Positions 1 through 11,187 of a stretch of 64,000 nucleotides of DNA are shown piece after piece. The stretch lies in contig JBLDXI010000001.1 in NCBI GenBank assembly GCA_047495785.1, positions 2,542,001 through 2,606,000 of the forward strand. The letters are read 5' to 3'. The notes below the pieces were generated by a model. The model did not search any database. It worked only from the letters and a program-made list of their open reading frames with translations, and had not been told where the DNA came from. A program made the position numbers and the translations under genes. Source of the DNA: Lepidodermella squamata. Its lineage: Eukaryota; Animalia; Gastrotricha. How positions within the stretch are numbered: position 1 is the first letter of the stretch; each line of letters begins with the position of its first letter.

Positions 1-478
1 ATCTCATTTATATTGATAATCGCACGCGCACGAGCGCAACTATCACACTCTAACATCACATGAAGGGCGCGATTTTCACTTGACAATAAACACCTTCTTT
101 GCTATTTCCGACTGTCGATCAGTACTACTTGAATAAAGTAGCCACACTTATTGATTTTTTTAGCCATCTTAAAATAATTCTGATAGGAATTTATATAAGA
201 TTTGAGATGACCAGATTTGACAGAAGATATAGTAATGGCGAAAATTCACTTAATCTGACTCCAACCGTCCTATTTTTAGCTCTAAATGATTATGCATTGG
301 TTTTTTTTCATCTCATTATATAGAGCCTTTTAACGTGGAAGAAAACGGCCTATTGTGCTGCCCTTATGTACACAGTAGCAATGGGAAAGACATTATGACG
401 ACACTGGCCAAGCTCCTGAATGTGAAATACTCTCGTTTCGAGATTAAGCAGCTGTGCTAATTTACCAGGTGACAAAAA

Positions 479-2462
479 ATGGCTGACGCTGTGCGATTCG
501 GCTGCGTATTCGCCTCGATGAACGTCCCACTTGCGGTTAGTGGGTCACGATAATAAGCCGTAATTATGAATAATTTCTATTTTTATATAGTTATTCGCAC
601 TCTTTATTTTCGCTCTGGGATTTCTTCCACCTGATAAAAGCGTAAATTTGGTGAGTAATAAATTTAAAAAATTTATTTCTACTTATGCAATTTCCCCAAT
701 TTTTCTCAGTTTCTTGCGAGCGAAGCTCAAATTCGAGCCTTTCAAAATTTATCAATCGACTGGGTTCGTTTGTTTTTTGATTAAATCGCAAATTATACCC
801 TTTTTATAATAGCGAGATGAGGGTATTGTCAGCGAAGTCCGAGCGCTTTCACTCACTTCAATTCTGATCGGCGGAACCTATGCAATATTATCTATTGTGC
901 CCATCGTCGGCTGTTGTTACCTGGCGTCTTTGAGGCGATTTCTTCTACTAGTGAGTTCAATTCTAGCTAGTCTTCTTATTTGATTTTTTTTTCAAAATTT
1001 ACCTCGCTAGTATGTCGTATTTGTGGGCATTCTACTCCTTGCCCTAGTCGCGCTGACATTTTTCCTCGGAGCCGGTCAGCAGTGGGTGTTTTCAATGTTG
1101 CGGACATCTATGCGCAGCGGTTATGAGACGAATAACTCGACTCGCGACGCTACCAGCATGCTGTGGAACACCGTTCAGTTCACGCTGCAGTGCTGCGGCT
1201 ACGACGGCGGTCTTGATTACAGCAACAAAATTACCGGTACTCTCAAAATCGACGAGAGCGAACTTATCATTCCTCGCAATAAATCGGTTTGCTATTTATC
1301 AATTGAATTAAATTTTAAATTGATTTTTATGTGGAGTTTCTGTCGGCTTCTTGGAAAATCCGAATAGGCCAGAATGGCTCCCAGAGAAAATTGCTGAATT
1401 TTGCCTACAAGGCTGAACCTATTTGTAAACCTTGGCAACAAACAAAAATTAATTTCGAAGAACAAAAATTTTCGAATAATTTTGTTAAATCTTGATCACT
1501 TCGCTTCAGAAAATAATAGAGAATTTTTACATGGTCAATTATTTTCGATTTATTTAATTAATTTTAATTAATTTTCCCGAAATTTTGAAAATTGGGCGAA
1601 TTAATTGTTAAAAATTTGGTACAGCTGGTCAAATTCTGGTCAAATTTAGCAAATTTGTTCCGAATTTTGTTTGGTTTCGCAAACAAATGTTCTGGTTAAT
1701 TCGTTTCTTTTTAATAGCTTGCCTTGATCATTCCGCCTAGCTGTTGTACGCCAGACGCGTTAACGGCGCCGATAATTCCTTACAAGCCTGGTAACGCTAT
1801 GCATCCACTCGTTCAATGCGTGTTCTATACGTCAAGTTACTATTCAAACTTTCACATTGTAAGTTCGAACATCTTTCTCACTTCGAAATGATTTTTCAAG
1901 CGATCCTCTAAAATACAGGCCTGCTCTGATAAATTTTGGCCTTTTGCAATGACCATGTTCGCAATTACGATGGCTAGTTGTTGGTAAGCTTGACATCTCT
2001 CTTATCAATTAAAAAAATCTTAAAAAATAATAATTTTAAGGAGGATTTTTTCAGTTTCTTTAAAGGTTTTTATTGATACTACGGATTTTATTTGCTAGGT
2101 ATTTATTGTTCCTTCTTGCCATGGCAACGCATGCCCTGACAGACCAGAGCGTGCCCGAAAACTTGGAGGGCAGCCACAGGCCGAACAATCGCGCCGATTC
2201 GAACGACATGCGAAGTCACGACAGTTTCCGGAAACGCTTGTCAAAACGGCTGTCTCAACGATTCAAACTCGGCGGCACGGACAACCCGCGAGCTTCTTAC
2301 ATCGACGCACAGCGGCCGGGTCACGCTAGCGAGGTCAGCCGGCTGCGTGACATGGACTCGGAACCTATCGATCCTCACCCGATGTCATCGGTCATGAAAA
2401 AGCAAGGTGTCGATAGGGAAAATTCGAGTCAGAAGGCTGCTGGTATTCATTGGTCAGATTGA
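479..2462 (+). CDS. Tetraspanin-family protein, multi-exon, with a long C-terminal cytoplasmic tail
   Basis: Exons spliced by eye from ATG 479 (MADAVRFGCVFASMNVPLA|LFALFIFALG). Contains VGCC after TM2, 'WNTVQFTLQCCG' (CCG motif, ORF 1023-1367) and 'IIPPSCC' (PxSCC) at ~1730-1747. Last exon is in ORF 2073-2462. Confidence 0.85.
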
Positions 2463-3248
2463 GATGACATTGCATTGAACGCAAATATGTGAGTGTGGTG
2501 ATGAAAATGAACGCGAGATCGACTTGAGAAACGGAAAATAAAATCTTTGACTGCGACTACTACTATATGCTTCTAATGAAGGGAGGGAGACATTCACAGG
2601 AAGTATCTCTGTCCCGAATCGGAACATTTTTTGCTCATTTGCCAGAACAGACTTGTGCGCGCGAGACAGATCAAACCACCTCAAATGATATTGAACATTG
2701 TCTTCAAATTCGAAGGACTTTCGAAGGATTTAGTTTTTATAAGTAGGCTAAAATAAAAATGAAAGAGCCTTCGCTCAACAATCACCCAGTCCATGGTGAA
2801 TAAGATTCCGAAGCTGTGTTGTCACGATTATGTCAAAGCAGGATGGCGCTGTAAAAATAGGCGGAATGTTCAACAGGAACTGAAAGAGAAGGCGCATGTT
2901 CAGACCTTCAGAAATCACTTCAAAATTGTGCATCCAAAAGGCTTCAATTTGCGGCACAACGTTCATTTAATCCGTGTTGGGAAGTCATTTAGCGATGATG
3001 AATACTCTGCATCGGGGACTGATTTCCTTAACGCCCATGAGTGTCTAACGTTATTCCGGACTATGTTCAAGCTTCCCACTTGTCGGAAGTCATGCCTTTT
3101 ACCACCTTGGAGTGTTAGTCAGTGTAACATGACTCTTTGCCCTTGAGTTAATAATTTGACACCCATTGAGCAAGACCTGGGAAGGATCATCACATTTGAC
3201 CAGATCTTTATTTTTCTGAGAAGCAAAAAAAGAACCAAAATATCGAAA

Positions 3249-5564
3249 ATGATGCCTAGACAAAACTTTGTCTTACTCACGTTGGCTACTATAGTGTTAG
3301 CCGTCAACTCGCAAACCAAACCGTATCGACTGAAAATGCTATTCCTCTCCGCTGTTCAAGGCATCGAGGCCAAGCAACTCCGAGCATCCTTTCTAGCAAT
3401 GCAGCTCGCCGTCGATCGCGTCAACAATCGAAGCGACATTCTGCCAGACTACCACATCGAAGCCGTTCACCGTGAAGAGTTTGTCGGCCAATTGGCTCCG
3501 AAAGAGACCGTCCTCTTCAGCCGAGAGTTCGACGGAACAGGGCTGAATGGTTATGAATCTCCTATAGTTGTCGGCCCGGCGTTCTCTGCTGGTTGTCGAG
3601 CTCTGGGTCGCTTCGCTGGCTACGTCGACAAGGTCGCTATAAGCACGGTGTGTGTTGGTCCATTTTTAGCGGATCATTACCTATTCCCTAACCTCTACCT
3701 GCGACTACCCACCTACAAAACCACGGCGTTCACTATTCTCAAGTTCATCAGAGATATCGGGAAATGGAACAGGATTGGGCTATTCGCGTTTATGGGGAGC
3801 ATAAATGAATATGGAACTGCAATGCTGCTTCACGACCAGGCTGTTGCAAATGGCTTTGAAATCGCGGTTTTTCACGTGTTTTTCGGTAATGCAAGCGTCA
3901 TAAACGTAACCCCTGAAGACGTGGCAGTTGTTAAGAACTCAGGAGCTAGGGTGATTGTACTTTCAATCACTAGTAATGTTCATCTAGTTCGCTTTCTTTG
4001 CTATGCCTACCAACAAGGAATGCGAGGGCCACGTTACGTTTTCACGGCCCTGATAACTTCTATTACCATCGACAACACGTTGGCCCCGGGTTGCTTGCAA
4101 GAGGAGTTGATAGCCCAGGTTAGACAGACAGCAACTCCAGCCACTGCAGATGCGGCTCTGATCACCTCTTACGTGATTTACGACTCGTTTTTAACGGCAT
4201 TCGCCGCACTCCACAACACTGAGCTGCGTCTGAAGTCGGAGTACAACTTGACTCTTCGCGACTACCACTTCAACCCCACCCTAGTCGCTAAAGTTGCGAA
4301 TGAATCTGTTCTGTCATCTGAGTTTATCGGAATGAGGATTGGAAAGTCGGCCTACAGTTCTTCTGGCTCTCCTATGGGGGATATACAAACTGTAACTATA
4401 TGGACCCCAGAAGGTAGCCGAGACTTGATTCACATCCGTCAGAAGCTTGACAGAAGGCTCTCAGAATTTGACCTCGACAGCTACGAATTTCGAATTCTCC
4501 GACCTGTTTCATGGCCGCTCGGAGCTCCACCTCGAGATCGACATCTCATTCTTAGAAATGAGCTACACGTTTCGACGACAACTCTAGGCGTGTGCTGGTT
4601 TCTGATTATCGTAACCACAGTGATTCAAGCAGGTTCAATAGTCGCTATTGCATTGAATAGGCCGAGAAAGGTTTACTTCAAATTTTCAAAGATTTTCGGC
4701 TTGATTGGCTGTTTGATTATGAACGCCTCATCAGGGGCTTTTACCATTGATAGGGGGCTAGATAGCGCAGGCCTCGCAACGGCTTGTTTCTTCCTCCTCG
4801 GGATTGGAATTTCCATTGTCTTCAGCTTGATAGCCACCCGGTTGATCAGTATAAATTTCTTTGTTAAAAAAGCGATTCTGTCACATTCGCAACAGCTTCT
4901 AAACAACTCACCGTGGATGTTTAATCAAAATTCAGGTGAATCGCAATTAAGGAATATGTCGAAAAGTCCTATCAGCATGTATCCGAAACTGGTTCTATCT
5001 TTTACAAATCAGAGTTGGAGAACGTTTGATAAGCAAACCAGCATAGGAGCGGCTTCTTTCGCTGTAGTCAACCTGGGCATCCTAGTAGGCTGGGCGGTTA
5101 CAAATGGAATGTTTTGCGCTTATCGTCTAGCATCTGTGCCGTCATACGATGACAAGTTGGACGCTATGACAGAAACTTGGTTCGTCCAATGCGCGATAAC
5201 ACCTGAATTCACGACGATTAGCTGGTCTTTGCTTGGGGTTGTGGCAGGGATCGAATTCCTCCTTATAGTCATCGGTCTATTAGACGCGTTTCACTTGAGG
5301 CAGATAAAAGGAGTACCAGCGAATTGCCATGAGTTTCTCCCCTGCTGTTTGTCAGTTATCGCAGGGGGTACTCTGCTGCCAGCTTCGATTTTAATCGCCA
5401 TAACTGTGCAGTCAGACCCGATTAAGCAGCAAGAAGCTATTGCGTTTGTTATCATCACTGTCTCAGCAATTTTATCTGTGCTTTGGATCTATCCTGGATT
5501 CTTGAAGTCGAGAAGGCCACCAGCAGTTCCAGTATCTAATGCCAAACTAGCTGCCAGCTCATGA
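3249..5564 (+). CDS. Orphan class C GPCR, GABA-B-like (Venus flytrap + 7TM), intronless, copy 1 (771 aa)
   Basis: Signal peptide; 'AMQLAVDRVNNRSDILPDY' and 'VVGPAFSAGC' flytrap motifs; 'WPLGAPPRD' linker directly into seven hydrophobic segments with no cysteine-rich domain. Lacks 34 aa present in copy 2. Confidence 0.85.
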   Translation: MMPRQNFVLLTLATIVLAVNSQTKPYRLKMLFLSAVQGIEAKQLRASFLAMQLAVDRVNNRSDILPDYHIEAVHREEFVGQLAPKETVLFSREFDGTGLNGYESPIVVGPAFSAGCRALGRFAGYVDKVAISTVCVGPFLADHYLFPNLYLRLPTYKTTAFTILKFIRDIGKWNRIGLFAFMGSINEYGTAMLLHDQAVANGFEIAVFHVFFGNASVINVTPEDVAVVKNSGARVIVLSITSNVHLVRFLCYAYQQGMRGPRYVFTALITSITIDNTLAPGCLQEELIAQVRQTATPATADAALITSYVIYDSFLTAFAALHNTELRLKSEYNLTLRDYHFNPTLVAKVANESVLSSEFIGMRIGKSAYSSSGSPMGDIQTVTIWTPEGSRDLIHIRQKLDRRLSEFDLDSYEFRILRPVSWPLGAPPRDRHLILRNELHVSTTTLGVCWFLIIVTTVIQAGSIVAIALNRPRKVYFKFSKIFGLIGCLIMNASSGAFTIDRGLDSAGLATACFFLLGIGISIVFSLIATRLISINFFVKKAILSHSQQLLNNSPWMFNQNSGESQLRNMSKSPISMYPKLVLSFTNQSWRTFDKQTSIGAASFAVVNLGILVGWAVTNGMFCAYRLASVPSYDDKLDAMTETWFVQCAITPEFTTISWSLLGVVAGIEFLLIVIGLLDAFHLRQIKGVPANCHEFLPCCLSVIAGGTLLPASILIAITVQSDPIKQQEAIAFVIITVSAILSVLWIYPGFLKSRRPPAVPVSNAKLAASS

Positions 5565-5826
5565 ATAAGCCGCTTCATAAAAAAATAACTTATTTTGTAA
5601 TTTATTTTTCGGTAAACCGATTTCTGGAACTAATTTTTATAGATTTGTAATGCCTCATCGCTCATTGTAAGTAACAAATAATACATTGCTAATTAGTAAC
5701 TTGATTCAGTATTTTAATATAGACATCCGTTAATATAGAAATCCATTGGCCAAATAAGAGGGCACTGCTTTCTCAATTTTTCAATTGTTTTCTAGGATGC
5801 TAACTTTTGGGAAAAAATAATGTGGC

Positions 5827-6201
5827 ATGAAGTAGAGGTCGCTGATTTGGATAATACTATCAACCGGCTTCTTCGCATTGTTGATTTTTTACTTGCGACG
5901 ATTTACAACCAAGCCATTTAAAATCCGGGCCACCACGGCTATGTAGCTCAGAGGAAATTGAGCTACATTAACAATCCTATGCTATGTGATTGTTCTGAAA
6001 AATGGCCAGATGTCTATTTGCTTGGGACAGTTCTGCCAGACGAAGACGGGAGATGGGAATGGGAAAATCTCCTCCTTCGATCTCTGTCTCTTTTCTGGCC
6101 GAAGCAGCACCTGAAACTTCCCGCTGTGACTGATGGAGAAGGATACCGGGATCTAAGCTCAATATAACGGCATTCGGTATCGGATTGAATGCGAGGGCAA
6201 T
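5827..6201 (+). pseudogene. 5' fragment pseudogene of the glycosyltransferase-like gene at 15993
   Basis: ATG AAG TAG (third codon is a stop; TTG in the parent), a 5-bp insertion near 5925, a 1-bp deletion near 6142, and truncation at 6201. Otherwise near-identical to 15993-16363. Confidence 0.9.
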
Positions 6202-6399
6202 ATTTGAAAGTAACCCTTTAACATCTTTGCGCGCGGTTTTAAAGTTGTTAAAAATCAGGAATTGGCTCATGCGCATCAGGTGAATTATTTTTAACAACTT
6301 TAAAACCGCGCGCAAAGATGTTAAAGGGTTACTTTCAAATATTGCCCTCGCATTCAATCCGATACCGAATGCCGTTATATTGAGCTTAGATCCCGGTAT
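6143..6399. repeat. Perfect inverted repeat (113-bp arms, 31-nt spacer)
   Basis: 6143-6255 is the reverse complement of 6287-6399 (ATACCGGGATCTAAGC...GTTGTTAAAAAT / ATTTTTAACAAC...GCTTAGATCCCGGTAT). Confidence 0.95.
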
Positions 6400-9300
6400 A
6401 TAAATTTTACTTGGTTTACGATGGGCCGTGGTGGTCGCGGCGGTCGCTCGGGCTCAGTGAGAGCCCCCAGTCAGCACCAGGTCGGCGGAAAAACAGGTCC
6501 CAACTCAAGCTGATCTCGGCACGTGGCTCTCAGGAAATGGAAAGGAAAGCAAGCAACCGTCTTCGAATACTGCTGATACAAGGGAAACATTCGAATACAA
6601 GGCAAACACAAAGCTGCGTCTGATTCGGCAACCGAAGCCGGTCGGAAACGCGAGGCCCGACAACGCTCGGATGATAATTCACTAACCAGCAATTCACCAC
6701 CGGTGAAAACCGGAATGGCCGTAGACCATACACCTTTTGCTATGGTACTATCAAAAAAGAAGAACAAGAATCCGCAGCAAGGTGGAAAAGAACAGGAACA
6801 ACAGGCCGCCAATATGCAGCAAGAAGTGGAAGAGTCAGCAAGCACAAGCGATTTCGCCTTCAGAATAATGATGACGCCAAAACACGAGAAAAGTTAACTG
6901 TCGCGATCGACGGATTCGACCCTGAGAAGTATGACAACACCGTCGTAGGCATCGCACTCGTCGACAAAATGCACGACAAAAGCAGTGTACCCGATGAGAT
7001 ATCCTGGACACGCCGAAACAGCCGGTTTACACGGTAGCTCCGCTGCCGGAGAAGAGCGCATTGCCGGTTTTACCAGTACAGAAAGCCGAGAAGCCCTCGC
7101 AACCACTACCCCAACAACCCCCGCAACAGCAGCCATCGGTCTCGCTGGAGAACCTGGTAGACAAGCTTTTTAACTCTGTGGCCTTCCAAATGAGGTTGGC
7201 TAACATCGTCGCGGAAGCCATCAGCAAAGCGGTGGCTCGGCACTATAGCATGTTTTGTCAAGGCACGGTCGCGCAACAGCACTCCACGAGCAGCCGCGCG
7301 GCAAAGTGCTGGCATTCCGCTGGCTATAGGAGGCGCAAGCTGCGATTCTGCATCAGGCGGCGACGACTGGGGCGATGGTTCCGGCTCGCTCTCTACAACA
7401 TCAGCGTCTCGTCCTTCTCAAACAAACTAAAAGTACAAACGAAAAACACTGAGATGATAATAACCATGGCGGAGTCGCCATTTTAGTAAGAAACAACATC
7501 CGTATCTTAGATGAAATGTATTCTTACTCCACTGCAGCCAGTGAATGGCTTGCCCTGTGGGTACTGGTAGTCGGGCAAAGAACTCATTTTAGCTACTCAG
7601 GGCCGGAATAACCCTCCGGCGGCCCCTGGGCTCTTGACGTTTGGCGGCCCCAATTTTTTGTAAATTTCTGAAAAGACGATAAAATTTCAATTTTTAATTT
7701 TAGAACACTCGCCAAGCTATAGTGGATCACTATTGTTGGTTTTATGCAGTGTTTTCCTCAAGACATTGATTGCTGTTTAAACCATATATAAAATCAGATA
7801 TGCTTACATTTTTCAACATTTTTCAGTGGGGAAAGGGAACGCTGAGGTGGGCGCTTTCAGTCTAAGCCACTATTATAGCTAGAGCTATATAGTAAACGCT
7901 CAAAGATCAATTCGATGGAAAGCTCTTTAAAGGCAAACCGCGCATCTTGTTTCGGCGAATTTTAATGTCACTATTTATGGTTAATTTTTTTACCGCAAGC
8001 GAAGCGAGCTTTAGCTGACGATATTTCTTATGATTTTGAGGTAGAAACGGTCTAAAAATTTGAAACATAAACAATTTCCCATTTTTTTGCGCTCGTGAAC
8101 TACCTCAATCTAGTTTGATCTATACCAAATAATAGTATCTGCGTAAACGTGGAAACTCGGATTTTACATACTATTAAAGTCAAACAATGAGTGGCATAAA
8201 ATTGGATTCGTCAGAAATGCCACAGATTTGGCGAATTAGGTTCCTAAAAGCTAAAAGGTATCGAATAATGAAGGGCGAGCGAAGCGAGCAAAATCTTTGA
8301 TTATTTAGCTTCTCATTAAGCTAAACATTTCCAATGGCCGCAGCTATTAAACTTGGGCGTCTCGAATTGTATGAGTATGTAAAAATTGACTTTTCAGTCG
8401 ACGCTGGCGGCCCTTTTTGACTGGCGGCCCCTGGGCTCCAGCCCTCCAAGCCCATGCGTTAATCCGGCCCTGTAGCTACTGGCTACCGGTCACCAAGCGA
8501 GGAGCTGGATCTCTCCTGTTTAGACCACTCTAGGTGGTCTATTTTTTAAAAAACCGATTACAAACTGGAGGTAAAGGCCAAAACGCCGCTGGAGCAGCAT
8601 TGGCCTACTGGCTGGATGCGGAAGGACACTGTATGCTAAGCACCGGTGGAGCCACTCACTTCTCCCCTGATAAGGTAAGACGAGCAATAGATGGTTTGGC
8701 TCTCGAACACCGAGGGTCGTGAATTAATGGCCTCTGAACCGCCAGTGCATGCGAATTACGGAAGCGACCACAAGGCCATCCGGATCGAATTAGAAGTTAC
8801 AATTATCTCCACTCGATCAAAGCCGTCGTCGGACGAGCAACGCTTCAACTTCAATCATGCAAACTGGGCTAAGTTTAGCAAGCGCTTAAGCTTTTGGCTT
8901 CGTAAACTCGCCGAGCTCGTGATCCCGAAGCCAGGCGAACCTCCCACATCAGTGGATCGTGGAAGCGATAAAACGGGCGATGACAGAAACGATTCCAATC
9001 TGTAAAGCCAGCGAAGTTGGAAACTGACAAAGCCGATTGCCACAGCGCTGCAACAACGAAGCCAACTCCAGCAGCTTCATTCACAAACAGAGAGTGGCTA
9101 CGTCGAAACCGCCCTGAATGCTATCACAAAGAAAATTTCGAATCTGGTCGGTAAAGAAAACCGCAAAGATTGCGAGCGCTGTCTCCGAGCGATGGCTGAC
9201 CCCAGAGCAGCGTGGTCCGCGGCCTCGAAACTGTTGAACAAAAAGAAGTGCAGGCGCAAGCCTGAAAACTGGGAACGGTAAATGCATCACTGACAGCAAG

Positions 9301-10500
9301 GCAAAAGCGGAGCTCATCGCCAAAACGTTCGCCAAAGTAGTGTCGGCACCTGCTGATACATCAGCTTCGAACACAGATCGCGATTTCTGGCATGCCGTGG
9401 ATGATGCGGTCGAATCTAACCCTGCTACAAAGCCTATATACATTCCAGACAAGCCGAGCGATATACATTCAATATACATTCCCCATTCCCCGAATCTTCT
9501 ATTAAAGCATTGTTTAAGAAGCTGAAGTCGTTTAAAGCTCCAGGCCACGATGAAATTTCGAACATCGTCAAAAAAATGGTGGTCCAAGCCTCGCCTCTCA
9601 CCTGCGTAGACTCTATGAACTGAGCCTGAATTGCGGCTACGTTCACAAGAGCTGGGAAATCCCCATTGTCGACGACGCACTAAAATGGGCGTACGGCAAG
9701 TCGCTGCTCGACTGTACCCGCCGAATTCAAGCACAGCTAGATGTCACAGTCGGATGATGCCGGCGATGGCGATTGATTTTAAACCTCGAAAAATGCGAGG
9801 TCATGCTTTTTGGAAATTATAACAGCATACCCTCGACCTCGCTGAAGATCGGAAATCGAATGATAACACATAAGTTCTCAATTAAGTACCTAGGCATTAC
9901 GCTGTCCGCACGCATCAGCTCGGAGTCTCACATCTCCAACATATCCGCGAAGTGCCGGCTGAGAGCCGGCGCCCTACGAGGCATCATGGCACGTAGATTT
10001 TACCGCAGCGACTAGGACTCATGTTTCAGAAATCGATGTCCGCAAGCCTAGCAACGTACAGCTCGCCAGCGTGGGCATGTCAACCCAAGTCAACTATCAA
10101 CAGACTGTTTCAAATTCAGGCGACTTCGTGCTGCTCTCGATCTGCCTTATGACGCCGATTCCATTAGCACTTTATTTCTGGCTGATGTCCCTTCAATGGA
10201 AGACATTTTCACTGAACTTCTGGAACGCCAACGCTGCCTGACTGCTTGTGATGTAATGGCCGACTATTTTAAATACTTAGCTTCACGATCTTTCGATATC
10301 TTCGGCCATAAGACCATGAACGATCACTCTCCCGCATGGCGCATCCGCCACGTCGAAACAATCCCAATTATGCCTCCGCGCAAAAATATTAACTGGGTGA
10401 TATATTTTTTATTTATATATTTCGTGCTTCACTTAAATATAGATTTCTACTCATGTTATATCATACAAATATGAATCTATCACTTGTTCAACGACGATAA
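6400..10500 (+). mobile_element. Degenerate non-LTR retrotransposon (LINE, APE endonuclease + RT); boundaries approximate
   Basis: Broken frames carry APE motifs HGGVAILVRNNI (~7465-7500), GYRSP (8481), GATHF and YGSDHKAI (~8757), then FNFNHANWAKF. RT-region motifs are KKLKSFKAPGHDEISN (~9517), LNLEKCEVMLF, IKYLGITL and YSSPAW. Central RT is deleted; there are many stops and frameshifts. Confidence 0.85.
7598..8472. mobile_element. Non-autonomous hAT-type DNA transposon (875 bp) inserted in the LINE endonuclease region
   Basis: 8-bp target-site duplication TAGCTACT (7590-7597, 8473-8480). TIRs are CAGGGCCGGAATAAC / CAGGGCCGGATTAAC (1 mismatch), with subterminal GGCGGCCCC repeats and no ORF. 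Confidence 0.9.
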
Positions 10501-11187
10501 TAGATAAATAAGTGATTGAGCATTTATGGCATTAAATAAACTATCGATCATTCGGAGGCTCTTTGACTGATTTCACCTAACTTTCATTTACTGGCCAACT
10601 GAATCCAGGCAATTGGCCTCATAAAAGTATAATAATGAATAGAAAGCTCGACTATATTCTATTTCGAATGCTTTACTTCGCTTAGGCTAATTTACAAATG
10701 ATATAACCTTCCCTCAGCAATCATCCGGGACGAAAGTCCGTGATGAATATATAACATTCCGAAGCCGCGTTGTCACGATTATCTGTCATAACAGGATGGT
10801 GGTGTCGAAATTGGCGGAATGTTCAACAGGAACTAAAAGAGAAAGCGCGTGTTCAGACCTTACAAATCACTTAAAATTTAAAAGGGCTTCAATTTGCGTT
10901 ACCACATTCATTTATCCTTGTTGGGATGACATTAAGCGATGATGAATGCTCTGTATCGGGTACTGATTTCCTTGACGCCCCTGAGTGCCTAATGTTATTC
11001 CGGACTATGTTCATTCCTTCGACTTTCCGGAAGTCATGCCTTTGCATCTTTCATCAATTTTCGTGTAATACGACTCTTTGCCCTTGAGTTAATAATTTGA
11101 CTCCCATCAAGCCAGATCTTGGCAGCAGCAATCACATTTGACCAGAGCTTTATTTTTCTGAGAAGCAATAAAACCTAATCATCGAAA

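Larger units (their letters stand above)
2770..6201 (+). repeat. Segmental duplicate of ~10715-13790 joined to ~15935-16363
   Basis: Upstream region, GPCR CDS and 3' flank align by eye to 10715-13790. 5701-5766 matches 13726-13790, then the alignment jumps to ~15935 onward. Confidence 0.85.

Noticed and set aside
1440-1715. AT-rich stretch with TGGTCAAATT repeats in the tetraspanin intron
   Set aside because: Low-complexity intron sequence with no definable element ends.
2793-3146. 117-aa ORF upstream of GPCR copy 1
   Set aside because: The duplicate region at ~10740-11080 has frame-breaking indels; this is upstream non-coding DNA.
9081-9734. 217-aa minus-strand ORF
   Set aside because: Antisense shadow of the decayed LINE ORF2.
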